Shown here: one piece after another, positions 50,801 through 63,421 of the stretch
Numbering within the stretch: position 1 is the stretch's first letter
Layout: each line of letters opens with the position of its first letter
Assembly (NCBI GenBank): GCA_030141605.1
Contig: JAQGDQ010000707.1
Location: 45,285 to 109,284 of the forward strand
Reading direction: 5' to 3'
Origin: Tubiluchus corallicola
Taxonomy: Eukaryota > Animalia > Priapulida
DNA: 64,000 nt
Position numbers and translations under genes: made by a program
The notes under the pieces: model-generated
Databases searched by the model: none
Seen by the model: only the letters and a program-made list of their open reading frames with translations
Told to the model about the DNA's origin: nothing

Positions 50801-53800
50801 ATTTTTTCAAGAATGACTTACGTGAAAGAATTATTACCACACAAACACAATTTCCCGTTCAAGCCACTAGTTCTTCACTGTTACATGCGTTTAGACATTC
50901 GCTAGCTAGACGGGTACTAGCTCCTGCATTTCAGAAACACGTTTCACACAAGACAGGTGCTGTACGTTTCAGTTTAAATGTCCTAGTTTGTGACGACTAC
51001 ACACGTTCACACGTTCAACAGCTCATGCGTGAGCACAGCGGTAAATTTAAAATTTGAATTTTTATCTTAAAACTTGACTAGTTTTAGTACAACAAACTCA
51101 AAATCTTACAGTAGAACTGTACTTCAATTTTCGCACTCACAGATAGGTGCAACACGCTCGTGGAATATTTTTGCTGTTGAAAATTATGTTCGTTTGTGAC
51201 GTCATCAACAGTGAGGCTTGCAAGCCGTTAATTAAGATTTTAAGCTCTTATTTATCTATCAGAAACGCTTTTGCAATCTTTATTGGTACGAAAATGTATA
51301 CTTTTTACTGTATATGAAAGTGGGGTAGGATATGAATGGCTTCCTTTCATCAGTTTAATGTTTGCAGAGTAATTATGTTTATTTTAACACCTGTCCTAAC
51401 AAATTCTCTAAAACAGTAGACGTCACTTAATAGACTCAATCGCTTAATTGACTCAAAAATGCCTGGTACGGACTGCTTCCATTCTGTGAAAGTTATTTGT
51501 GAAGTTGAAATTGAACACTTCTAGAAAACAACTAAACACTAGATTGCATGTTTGCACAAAAACTGAAACACTTTTATTGCACTAAATACACAGTAAAATG
51601 CACAAGTAAAATGAAGATCACAACTGCTGCACAGCACTGAGTGTGTGACAGAGAGACAGTGTGTCCCATGAGTTACACGACTGCACTGCCTGAGACAGAG
51701 AGTGACTAGCAGTGAAATCTAGCCAGTTTATATAGGTAGAGAACTATGCAAAAGCTTGGCTTCACATATCCCATTACAGTAAAAATAGGGGAGATCCAGT
51801 GAGTTTGCATATTCACTGGACCAAGCAATTGTACTAAGGGTGAGTTGAACTAGTAAAATGTTAAAGTAACTAATCAATAGATGGCAGCACCTAAAATATA
51901 CAGTTACAACTTTCACACATTCAATTGTACATAAAAACTATCGGTAATTGACTCAAATAACTCTGCATGATTGACTCAATATTTTTGCTTCACATGCTTC
52001 AATAAGACACTTTCGTGTGACCAACAAGCTTTTATGACTTTGATATCATCTCAGTTCACTTTTGTCTTATAATGTACATAGAAACAATCATGTTACAGTT
52101 TTGTTTGTAAGCAGGAACGTTTATCATATGCTAATACGCTAGCCTAATGGCTTACTTTGATCCGCCCATCCACTGCAATTAACCTCGTTACCCAAGAATT
52201 CCTGGAAGCTAAACATTTAATCACTTGCTTAGCTGTTTGCTTTTGAAGCTCTGGCTGTCATTACCAGAAAGTTTAGTCAGTTAGATGTTGCTGTTATGCC
52301 AGGGATGCAGGTAACAGTTTAGTAAGTACGTCACAATTATAGCAAGTGGGAACTTAGACGAAGCTACAGACGAAGCTACTTGCAGGGAAATACAGGCACC
52401 ACCAACAGTTTAAGCTCACCAAGCACTAAGTATTTTACGAGAATTTGTGCATCATACAACAACAGATTTTCAACGTTTTTATCACTTTGAGAACTTTGCG
52501 AGCCAACTTGTTTGCGTTGAAATGAAGCAACCGACTTTGAAGGAACTTTTCTAATTATTGCAAATAAACAGACTTGTGTGATTTAGAAAAGCATACTATT
52601 TAATTTATTCACTAATTCACTTATATAAATTAATATTTCAAAATAGTTTTTCTAATTTTTAACTGCACAAAGGAATTTAGGCATTACTTCGTTTCTAAAA
52701 TTTCTTAAAAATCTTTGCAGTGCTGATGACTCATACTGCTATAACAGTAATACTACAGCCATCGGTTAATAGGTTCAGTCGGTTAATTGGGTCAAACACG
52801 TCGGTCCCAAAGTGAGTCTATTAAGCGGCACCTGCTGTAATAATGATAAATTGAAAATTTGCTCACCTTGCTTCCACAAAACACCATAGTGCTTATGCCA
52901 CTGCAGTTATTCAGCTTATATCTATGACGTTCTGTCCACGTACCTATGTTCCAAACGATGATTTCACCACTGTCACGAAGACCAGCCCACAATTCATTCT
53001 AGATTCATAAAAAACAGCAAGGTTTTAAAAATTTATAGCGCTGAAACAGAAATAAGGTTATAAATACTAGCAAACCTAACTTAACTGATTAATTAAGCAA
53101 GTAATTAACAAACTTAATTACAATAAAAAAATTACTGAATCAAATTCATATCAGAACCAAAACTAGAATGAAACTCTGACTCAAAATAAGTATCAAAAGC
53201 TGACATTGGTAGACAAATTTCAATACTGTATTAGGCCCGTGTCACACAGCGGTGGACATAATCTGTAAGGCGCCTTATTAAAAATGAATAAAGGTTGATC
53301 ACTGAGCCCTGTCACACGTGCGTTGTACTGTGGTTGATCACCGAGCCCTGTCACACACGTGTCGTACTGTGGTTGATCACTGAGCCCTGTTACACACGCG
53401 TACTGTGGTTGATCACTGAGCCCTGCCACACACGTGTCGTACTGTGGTTGACCACTGAGCCCTGTCACACACGTGTCGTACTGTGGTTGATCACTGAGTC
53501 CTGTCACACACGTGTCGTACTGTGGTTGATCACTGAGCCCTGTCACACACGTGTCGTACTGTGGTTGATCACTGAGCCCTGTCACACGTGTCGTACTGTG
53601 GTTGATCACTGAGCCGTCACACGTGCATCGTACTGTGGTTGATCACTGAGCCCTGTCACACGTGCGTCGTACTGTGGTTGATCACTGAGCCCTGTCACAC
53701 ACGCATCGTACTGCGGTTGATCACTGAGCCCTGTCACACGTGTCGTACTGCGGTTGATCACTGAGCCCTGTCACACATGCATCGTACTGCGGTTGATCAC

Positions 53801-56800
53801 TGAGCCGTCGTCACACATGCGTCGTACTGCGGTTGATCACTGAGCCCCGTCACACATGCGTCGTACTGTGGTTAATCACTGAGCCCTGTCACACACGTGT
53901 CGTACTGTGGTTGATCACTGAGCCCTGTCACACACGTGTCGTACTGTGGTTGATCACTGAGTCCTGTCACACGTGTCGTACTGTGGTTGATCACTGAGTC
54001 CTGTCACACGTGTCGTACTGTGGTTGATCACTGAGCCCTGTCACACACGTGTCGTACTGTGGTTGATCACTGAGCCCTGTCACACACGTGTCGTACTGTG
54101 GTTGATCACTGAGTCCTGTCACAAGTGTCGTACTGTGGTTGATCACTGAGCCCTGTCACACACGCATCGTACTGTGGTTGATCACTGAGCCCTGTCACAC
54201 GTGTCGTACTGTGGTTGATCACTGAGCCGTCACACATGCGTCGTATTGCGGTTGATCACTGAGCCGTCACACATGCGTCGTACTGTGGTTGATCACTGAG
54301 CCCTGTCACACGTGCGTCGTACTGTGGTTGATCACTGAGCCCTGTCACACACGTGTCGTACTGTGGTTGATCACTGAGCCCTGTCACACGTGCGTCGTAC
54401 TGTGGTTGATCACTGAGCCCTGTCACACACGCGTCGTACTGCGGTTGATCACTGAGCCCTGTCACACGTGTCGTACTGCGGTTGATCACTGAGCCCTGTC
54501 ACACGTGTCGTACTGTGGTTGATCACTGAGCCCTGTCACACGTGCGTCGTACTGTGGTTGATCACTGAGCCCTGTCACACACGCGTCGTACTGCGGTTGA
54601 TCACTGAGCCCAGTCACACGTGCATCGTACTGTGGTTGATCACTGAGCCCTGTCACACATGCGTCGTACTGTGGTTGATCACTGAGCCCTGTCACACGTG
54701 CATCGTACTGCGGTTGATCACTGAGCCCAGTCACACGTGCATCGTACTGTGGTTGATCACTGAGCCCTGTCACACACGCGTCGTACTGTGGTTGATCACT
54801 GAGCCCAGTCACACGTGCATCGTACTGTGGTTGATCACTGAGCCCAGTCACACATGCGTCGTACTGCGGTTGATCACTGAGCCTGTCACACGTGTCGTAC
54901 TGCGGTTGATCACTGAGCCGTCACACATGCGTCGTACTGTGGTTGATCACTGAGCCCTGTCACACATACGTCGTACTGTGGTTGATCACTGAGCCCTGTC
55001 ACACATGCGTCGTACTGTGGTTGATCACTGAGCCCCGTCACACGTGTCGTACTGTGGTTGATCACTGAGCCCTGTCACACGTGTCGTACTGTGGTTGATC
55101 ACTGAGCCCTGTCACACGTGCGTCGTACTGCGGTTGGTCACTGAGCCCTGTTACACGTGCGTCGTACTGTGGTTGATCACTGAGCCCTGTCACACGTGCA
55201 TCGTACTGCGGTTGATCACTGAGCCCTGTCACACGTGCGTCGTACTGTGGTTGATCACTGAGCCCTGTCACACGTGCATCGTACTGCGGTTGATCACTGA
55301 GCCCTGTCACACGTGTCGTACTGTGGTTGATCACTGAGCCCTGTCACACATGCATCGTACTGCGGTTGATCACTGAGCCCTGTCACACATGCGTCGTACT
55401 GCGGTTGATCACTGAGCCCTGTCACACATGCGTCGTACTGTGGTTGATCACTGAGCCGTCACACATGCGTCGTACTGTGGTTGATCACTGAGCCCTGTCA
55501 CACACGCATCGTACTGTGGTTGATCACTGAGCCCTTTCACACGTGTCGTACTGTGGTTGATCACTGAGCCGTCACACATGCGTCGTACTGTGGTTGATCA
55601 CTGAGCCGTCACACATGCGTCATACTGTGGTTGATCACTGAGCCGTCACACATGCGTCGTACTGTGGTTGATCACTGAGCCCTGTCACACGTGTCGTACT
55701 GTGGTTGATCACTGAGCCCTGTCACACGTGTCGTACTGTGGTTGATCACTGAGCCGTCACACATGCGTCGTACTGTGGTTGATCACTGAGCCCTGTCACA
55801 CGTGCATCGTACTGCGGTTGATCACTGAGCCCTGTCACACGTGCATCGTACTGCGGTTGATCACTGAGCCCTGTCACACGTGTCGTACTGTGGTTGATCA
55901 CTGAGCCCTGTCACACATGCATCGTACTGCGGTTGATCACTGAGCCCTGTTACACGTGCGTCGTAGTGTGGTTGATCACTGAGCCCTGTCACACGTGCGT
56001 CGTACTGTGGTTGATCACTGAGCCGTCACACGTGCGTCGTACTGTGGTTGATCACTGAGCCGTCACACACGCGTCGTACTGTGGTTGATCACTGAGCAGT
56101 CACACATGCGTCGTACTGTGGTTGATCACTGAGCCGTCACACATGCGTCGTACTGTGGTTGATCACTGAACCGTCACACATGCGTCGTACTGCGGTTGAT
56201 CACTGAGCCCTGTCACACGTGCGTCGTGCCATGGTTGATCACTGAGCCCTGTCACACGTGCGTCGTACCGTGGTTGATCACTGAGCCCTGTCACACGTGC
56301 GTCGTACCGTGGTTGATCACTGAGTCCTGTCACACGTGCGTCGTACTGTGGTTGATCACTGAGCCGTCACACATGCGTCGTACTGTGGTTGATCACTGAG
56401 CCCTGTCACACACGCGTCGTACTGTGGTTGATCACTGAGCCCTGTCACACGTGTCGTACTGTGGTTGATCACTGAGCCCTGTCACACGTGTCGTACTGTG
56501 GTTGATCACTGAGCCGTCACACATGCGTCGTACTGTGGTTGATCACTGAACCGTCACACATGCGTCGTACTGCGGTTTGCTGTTTGTTATAATCTGTCGG
56601 AGGCTCCTTACAAATCGTTCTGAGTTGTTCATAAAGTGCAATGAATTTGGCCATTAATTTTGTTTGAAATAAACCGTTTGTACTTATGACTCATATGAAA
56701 ATGGGTTTAATCAAGTTTTTTTCTGTACGCAGTTCATTTATATCATAACACAGAGATAACACAAACATTAGAAAGTATTTTTAACCCATTGGACTTTGCA

Positions 56801-59800
56801 CTTCATTACGACTGCCATAATACTGCATAGGAAATGTATGGTAGATGCAAGAGGCCACTCAATCATATAACACAATGCATGTGACTGACAATCTGTTATT
56901 CCGTAGTGATCAACAATTAACGTTATACTTAAACAATCATTAATGGAAATTGAAATTAATACAAACATTTGACAATAAACACTTCATATTAACGGATTAT
57001 CTAGTCACCTGTATGTGAACATGAAAAAACTTCCCATGAAATTCTAGGCTTGTAATGAGGCTTTTTTAATACGGATCGGCAAGAATTGTTTTACGTTGTT
57101 CGTAGATTGCGTGATTTGCGATTATGTGGAGTTTCAGCCTTCTGTACTAAGTTTCTAGTGAGTATCTTGAGTTATTTTGAGTATCTTTGTCGCTCGTAGT
57201 TTGAAATGAGTGAATTCTCGCTTACAGCTTTTGTTTTTTAATATGCTGCATTACGAACCACGCTGCAGCAGGATCCAGTGGTTGGCTAATTTTCAACATT
57301 TAGTGATTGAGAAAACTGATTCCCTGCCACGAATTACGACAAAACGCCTTTCTAATTGCACAGAGTACCACAGTTATGTTCGTTTGTGATGTCATCAACG
57401 GTGAGTACCGCGGATTATGACATGCGCCTTACGGAAGACACCTTATGGATTACAACTGGTTCCTTACGTTTTTCTCTGCATGACACGGGGCCTAAATATG
57501 CACATAAGACATAACTTAAGGGAAATTTGGTACTGCATTAGGTGATATTTAAAAGGTACATTTGAAGGGTACATTTCAACGGACACGAAAGAGTTGGGAA
57601 ACGTCTCCTTGGTAACTTAATCATTCCAGGTTTAAGAGCTGGTTGTTGAATTTGGGCAGGTAAGTGTAACCACAACATCCACGAAACAAGTTAATATGAA
57701 GCATTTTTAACAATTTGTTGAGTCTACTGCTTTTCTAAAACACACATTGAAAACGATGTTTGAAATTACATGTTTTAGAAAGCATACATACATGTGTGAC
57801 GGTGAAACATTTGACATGACCTATTTTGCCCCAACTATCAAACATCTCCAAACATTTGAGAATTTCTCCTCTTTTATTGACTAGAACAAAGCTCTCTTTA
57901 CAGCCAGCAAAACCTGAAACAGAACAAAGCGGGTTTCTTTATAGCCAGCAAAGCATGAAACAGAAGAGAGCGGGGCTCCTTATAGCCAGCAAAACACGAA
58001 ACAGAACAGAGTGGGGCCCTTTACGGCCAGCAAAACACGAAACAGAAGAGAGTGGGGCCCTGTCTATAAAATATGAAACAATCGCAAATAGTTTTTACAA
58101 AAAAAATCTGAATAGAGTTCGTTACACGCTGTCCCTCCACTCAACAGAAAGGAAAGACCAAGATTTCTAGGAAGTTAGAATTATTTCAATGTTTGCAAAA
58201 ATTTTAAAAGGATTTATTAATCACGATCACTTCATGATTGGACGCTCCAATTTTCAATGTCCATTCTTCTTCCAATGACGTCATTCGTGTTGGAGAAAAG
58301 TAGCGCTCTGTCAATCTTCATCAAAACTATAGCAAGTTTTTGCAAAGAAAGTAAATAGCCAATTTTGTAATATTTTTGCATGAACATTAGGTAAGCTGCA
58401 GAAGTTTGAATTAGTTTAAGCAGCGGGCATTTACGGAAAGCCAGGAGGCGCCCCAGTTATGTCATGATTTTGAAGGGAGTGGCAGCAACCACCACGCTTG
58501 AAAATTTCTATTCAGAGTCAGTATATTTTAATTTTATGCTTTATAGGCAGTTCTTTGCAAATTTCTTTGTTATATTTTCCTAAGTTTAAGTGAGAACAAT
58601 AAAATAAACCCAACATACTGAGTGACTTGTTCTTTCTTTCAGAGAAATTATATTTATAGTCCGTTCGTAAATCATAGAAAAATGGCTCGATTACTGTTAG
58701 TGTCTAGAAACCAGAAAAGGCACAGAAAACCAAGAAATGGTACGCGCATATCTCGGTTTGCCGGACCTCAGTTTTACACGGTACACTCATATCTCGGTTT
58801 GCCGGATCTCGGTTTTACGCGGTACACTCATATCTCGGTTTGCCAGACCTCGGTTCTACATGGTACACTCATATCTCGGTTTGCCGGATCTCGGTTTTAC
58901 ACGGTACACTCATATCTTGGTTTGCCAGACCTCGGTTTTACATGGTACACTCATATCTCGGTTTGCCAGACCTCGGATTTACACGGTACATTCGTATCTC
59001 GGTTTGCTGGACCTCGGATTTACACGGTACACTCGTATCTCGGTTTGCCGGACCTCGGTTTTACAGATATCGGAAAATTCGGACAAAATGTGCTCGGTTA
59101 AAAGCCCTGCACAATACGGACACAGTCCATTATTTCATCAGTTGACCGCCAGTTGATGGTCTGTCACTTTGTTTACATCACATATATCAGAGTAACCGTG
59201 TGTACATCTTTATGTACAAAAATATAGAATCAATTATGCAAAGTTATTTGAGTCAATTACCGACAATCTTTAAATACTTTTGCAAAGGTGTGGTTACTAG
59301 ATGTTTTCAAGACAATAAGGCAATTGATTCTACATTACCGTGTTTCTAATACACAGCGACGTCTATTGTATTAGCTGAGTATCGGTAAATATGGACAATC
59401 TGCAAATTCGGACCGTGTGTCTAATACACAGCGACGTCTATTGTATTAGCTGAGTATCGGTAAACATGGACAATCTGCAAATTCGGACCGTGTGTCTAAT
59501 ACACAGCGACGTCTATTGTATTAGCTGAGTATCGGTAAATATGGACAATCTGCAAATGACATCTCCCCGCTTTTCGCTTCAAACCGAGATATGAGAGTAT
59601 AGTGCATAGTGCATAAAAGAACGTTGGACAGTAGGGCCATCTTGTGAGAAGTTTCAAAACATTTTCCTGTACTTGAATGTGCTCAACGCACCGCACTTAC
59701 CGCACCAGAAACTATCTACATCAGCTGTACATGCTCAACGCATCGCACTTACCGCACCAGAAACTATCTACATCAGCTGTACAAGCTCAACACACCGCAC

Positions 59801-62626
59801 TTACCGCACCAGAAACTATCTACATCAGCTGTACATGCTCAATGCACCGCACTTACCGCACCAGAAACTATCTACATCAGCTGTACATGCTCAATGCACC
59901 GCACTTACCGCACCAGAAACTATCTACATCAGCTGTACATGCTCAATGCACCGCACTTACTGCACCAGAAACTATCTACATCAGCTGTACATGCTCAACG
60001 CACCGCACTTACCGCACCAGAAACTATCTACATCAGCTGTACAGATCTGAACTAATTCTTTCCTGTTCAAGTGAAACTCTTCCTGTTCAAAACTCTTGGG
60101 ATTCCACAAGGAAATTTGCCCGTCTAGACTACTAGAACAAACCAGCCTGCAAAATGACAAACTCAACTTTAAAATGTATTCGGTAAACAAAGAATTTGCT
60201 TATGAAAAAACGTGCAAAGTGAAGCAGCACGATACTCGAAAAGTAAATGGATTTATGGCACTTGACAAGTTATGGAACAATAGGTTCACATGGCACGAAT
60301 GAGAAAGAATTGCAGTTCACTAGAAGCACACGTGTATTCTAATTTCATTGTTCCTTCTCCACAGTACTCCTGTGGCGCCACCTATGAAGATCCCAACCAT
60401 TTTGTTCAACACTGTCCACTTTACCAACAATTGCAGTTTACTAAGAGCACACATGTATTCTAATTTCATTGCTCCTTCTCCACAGTGCTCCTGTGGCTCC
60501 GCCTAGGAAGATGCCAAGCATTTTGTTCAACACTGTCCACTTTAACAACAATTGCAGTTTACTAAGAGCACACATGTATTCTAATTTCATTGCTAGCAGT
60601 TGTTGTAATCTTGTGCCTATTAAACTTATAAATGACGTTTGAACTCTCTGAAAAGCTTCAGCCTGTTGGCCAATCAGCATTTTATTCATTGCCCATTGTT
60701 TCTTATTACAAATATACTTCTGCTTGTAATGTTTCTTATCAAATAAAAATATTGTTTAAACTAAGTTCTGGAGCGTTTCATCAGACGTACCTTTCCAGGT
60801 ATTTCCTCTCATTAAAAGAAGGTGTATATAAATACCTGAATGTGGTAAAGTACCAGTCTTACCACAATGATTAACATCTAATGTACCTTTCCAGGTATTT
60901 CCTCTCATTAAAGGAAGGTGTATACAAATACCCGAATGTGGCAAAGTACCAGTCTTGCCACAACAATTAACACGACTATTGTTCATCATATTTTTAGCAC
61001 ATGAAGTGAATCAACTTCTCAAATTTTTTATTTGACAACAGCTAACAACTGGCAGGCCGTCTTTAAAGCAGAAACACATTTCTTAGTTATTACAATGTCC
61101 AGTAGATGGCACTTACTTTCCTTCATCATCGAATATAAGCGAAGATATTGTGTCTTTGTGACCCAGGAGTTGACGTCGCACACGGACACTGTCAATGTCC
61201 AGAACATAAATTGTGCCGTCCAGCGATCCGGCCCAAATGCTTGACTGGACATGAAGCAGACAGAACTGAAAAAAAAACTTCGTTTGAGTTCGACGTTCGT
61301 ATTAAACCACTACCTAATTACTCGGCAAGTTCAGGGACATTAACTTAGGCGAATGCAAATTGTAGTAAATTGCAACAACAATGCACAAGTAATGCTAGTA
61401 CATTATGCAGTGAGTGGAGACATCTACTGGCAACCAAGGTGAAACATTTTAAGCTGCTGTATCATTAAAGGAAGACAGGGTGATTTTTCATATACTAGCC
61501 CCCTTTCACGTTTGGAAAAAGTTTAGATTCCAATGCCAATAATACCTGAAAAGCAGTTCTGATAATTAAATAATAGTTTAAAATCTTAATTAACGGCGAG
61601 CGAGCTCAACTATTAATGACATCACAAACTAACATAATTTTCAAAACCACAAACAATCTACACATTGCTTAGAATAGCAACATTATATGTATTTATTATG
61701 CCTTTATGTCCATGATATTTATGTTCAAATTTAAACTTATCTCAATAGTTTACACACCTTATTCTGAAATCTTCGTCAAGGTAATTGCGCATATTACTAA
61801 TAGCAACATTACTTACAGGGTGGTTGACTTTGGTAACTTTTAGTTTTTCGCCACCCTTTCACCAATCACTTGAACACCACTAACTCGGATAATTTATTCA
61901 TTTAATAATCTTGTCACTTTGTATCATATTATCGTTTCATGCTCTGTGTTTTTCTTGTAAAAAAGGTGATAAATAAAGATACTTACTTAGTTACTTACTT
62001 ACTCTCTCAATGTGTTGCACATGTTTGGATTGGTAGATTGTGTCGTGAGACGAATTGGACCCAAGTCGGATCCGTATAGACATTGTGTGTGTATACATGC
62101 ACTAAGTATGGCGGCACCCACGATGAACTTAATGAAACAGAGAGCGAATTAGAGTTAATTTGTTTAAAAACAGAAGAAGATATAAGTTATAATTAGTTTA
62201 GCATTACCTTCGAGCAAGTAAGCACTCTTTCCACTAAGCCATTACCTCAGATATAATGTACATTGTACTTACTATTCTACTAGTAACTGCAATAATTGTT
62301 GACTGCTGTATCCAAGTTGCCGCATCGTAAATAAGCACTCTTTCCACTAAGCCATTACCCCAGATATAATGTACATTGTACTTACTATTCTACTAGTAAC
62401 TCGAATAATTGTTGACTGCTGTATCCAAGTTGCCGCATCGTAAATAAGCACTCTTTCCACTAAGCCATTACCCCAGATATAATGTACATTGTACTTACTA
62501 TTCTGCTAGTAACTGGAATAATTGTTGACTGCTGTATCCAAGTTGCCGCATCGTAAATAATGACTTTATTGCTACCCAATGCAACCCACAGCTTAGGACT
62601 GTGTAGTAAATCATCATTACTTATTG
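47643..62626 (-). CDS. DENND3: DENND3-like protein, C-terminal WD40 region (5' part not in window); exons 62626-62499, 61265-61117, 60146-60013, 57913-57792, 52998-52867, 49550-49359, 47657-47643
   Basis: Phase-continuous GT-AG exons encode WD40 blades (KLWVALG, SIWAGSLDGTIYVLD, LLGHKDTISSL, SSSLDGQISLWN, ELWAG). They end with [31 protein letters not shown], which closely resembles the recalled vertebrate DENND3 C-terminus. Confidence 0.85.
47857..47896. repeat. (TA)n microsatellite
   Basis: About 20 TA units. Confidence 0.95.
47915..48487 (+). mobile_element. MITE, family of 23323-23982
   Basis: Shared interior TTCATCAGGAAGAGCCATCTACTGGATTTAAACATAACTTCAATGTGCTC; imperfect TIRs. Confidence 0.7.
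48623..49274 (-). mobile_element. hAT-type MITE, ~650 bp
   Basis: TIR CAGAGGCATAGCAAG / CTTGCTACGCCACTG; 8 bp TSD CAACAGAC/CAACAGGC. Confidence 0.88.
50010..51245. repeat. Two copies of a dispersed repeat (50010-50220, 50985-51245); fragments also near 57375 and 61590-61645 (inverted)
   Basis: Shared TAGTTTGTGACGA..CAACAGCTCATGC..GTTGAAAATTATGTT.GTTTGTGA.GTCATCAA. Confidence 0.6.
53293..56576. repeat. 37/39 bp satellite, ~85 copies, in a DENND3 intron
   Basis: Unit GATCACTGAGCCCTGTCACACACGTGTCGTACTGTGGTT with 2 bp indel variants. Confidence 0.97.
57895..58080 (-). repeat. 41 bp array spanning the acceptor of DENND3 exon 57913-57792 (original, 3 copies and a partial)
   Basis: Original TTCTGTTTCAG/GTTTTGCTGGCTG; copies read TTTCAT G.., TTTCGT G.., TTTCGT G.. 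Confidence 0.85.
58740..59063. repeat. 41 bp array x8 made of a MITE left terminus
   Basis: Unit TACACTCATATCTCGGTTTGCCGGACCTCGGTTTTACACGG; partner TIR AAACCGAGATATGAGAG-TA at 59581-59599. Confidence 0.9.
59030..59598. mobile_element. TA-flanked (Tc1/mariner-type) MITE with an internal 75 bp triplication (59345-59557)
   Basis: TIR CACTCATATCTCGGTTT / AAACCGAGATATGAGAG; relative at 11187-15075. Confidence 0.75.
59680..60043 (-). repeat. 52 bp array x7 spanning the 3' end and donor of DENND3 exon 60146-60013
   Basis: Minus-strand unit TGTACAGCTGATGTAGATAGTTTCTGGTGCG/GTAAGTGCGGTGCGTTGAGCA. Confidence 0.95.
60308..60968. repeat. Two intronic duplications: 121 bp x2.4 (60308-60593) and 96 bp x2 (60787-60968)
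   Basis: Direct tandem copies visible. Confidence 0.85.
62218..62558 (-). repeat. 113 bp array x3 spanning the 3' half and donor of DENND3 exon 62626-62499
   Basis: ACTTAC (minus-strand GTAAGT) at 62493, 62380 and 62267, with duplicated exon sequence. Confidence 0.95.
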
Positions 62627-62882
62627 CTGAAATGAAAAAAATCAATAAAATAACTTGACAAAACTCTACAAAACACCATAGATTAGTATGACTATATATA
62701 TAAGATAACTTGAAGTGAAATGAGTGATTGGGGTAAAATGGGAGCATTTGTTTTAAGGTTTTTGTAAGTAATTAGTGTCTTATTCTAATGTCAAGGAACT
62801 AATAGTACAGTTTTATCCATTGTATAGACCTGCTGGTTAAAGTTTACAATTCTTCACACACAAGGAATTAATTCATGAAGTA

Positions 62883-63421
62883 GATTAGGATTAGGATTGG
62901 GAATAGGATTAGTGTTAGGTTAGTGTTAGGATTGGGGTTAAGATTAGGCTTAGGGTTGGGTTAGGATTAGTGTTAGGTTAGTGTTTGGGTTGGGGTTAAG
63001 ATTAGGCTTAGGGTTGGGTTAGGATTAGTGTTAGGGTTGGGGTTAAGATTAGGCTTAGGGTTGGGTTAGGATTAGTGTTAGGTTAGTGTTAGGGTTGGGG
63101 TTAAGATTAGGCTTAGGGTTGGGGTTAACATTAGGATTAGGGTTGGGGTTAAGATTAGGCTTAGGGTTGGGGTTAGTGTTAGGGTTGGGGTTAAGATTAG
63201 GCTTAGGGTTGGGTTAGGATTAGTGTTAGGGTTGGGGTTAAGATTAGGCTTAGGGTTGGGTTAGGATTAGTGTTAGGTTAGTGTTAGGGTTGGGGTTAAG
63301 ATTAGGCTTAGGGTTGGGTTAGGATTAGTGTTAGGGTTAGGGTTAGGTTTAGGCTTAGGGTTGGGTTAGGATTAGGGTTAGGTTAGGGTTAGGGTTAGGG
63401 TTAGGATTAGGGTTAGGTTAG
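62883..63421 (+). repeat. Degenerate interstitial telomere-like (TTAGGG)n tract with 47/58 bp higher-order units
   Basis: TTAGGG/TTAGGA/TTAGTG/TTGGGG variants, purest at the right end. Confidence 0.9.

Noticed and set aside
53293-56576. CRISPR-like array (also 33077-37002)
   Set aside because: No unique spacers, no cas genes, eukaryotic intronic context; plain satellites.
57630-57659. Plus-strand micro-exon-like signal (TTCCAG ... CAG/GTAAGT)
   Set aside because: Isolated 30 nt, antisense to DENND3, with no partner exons recognised.
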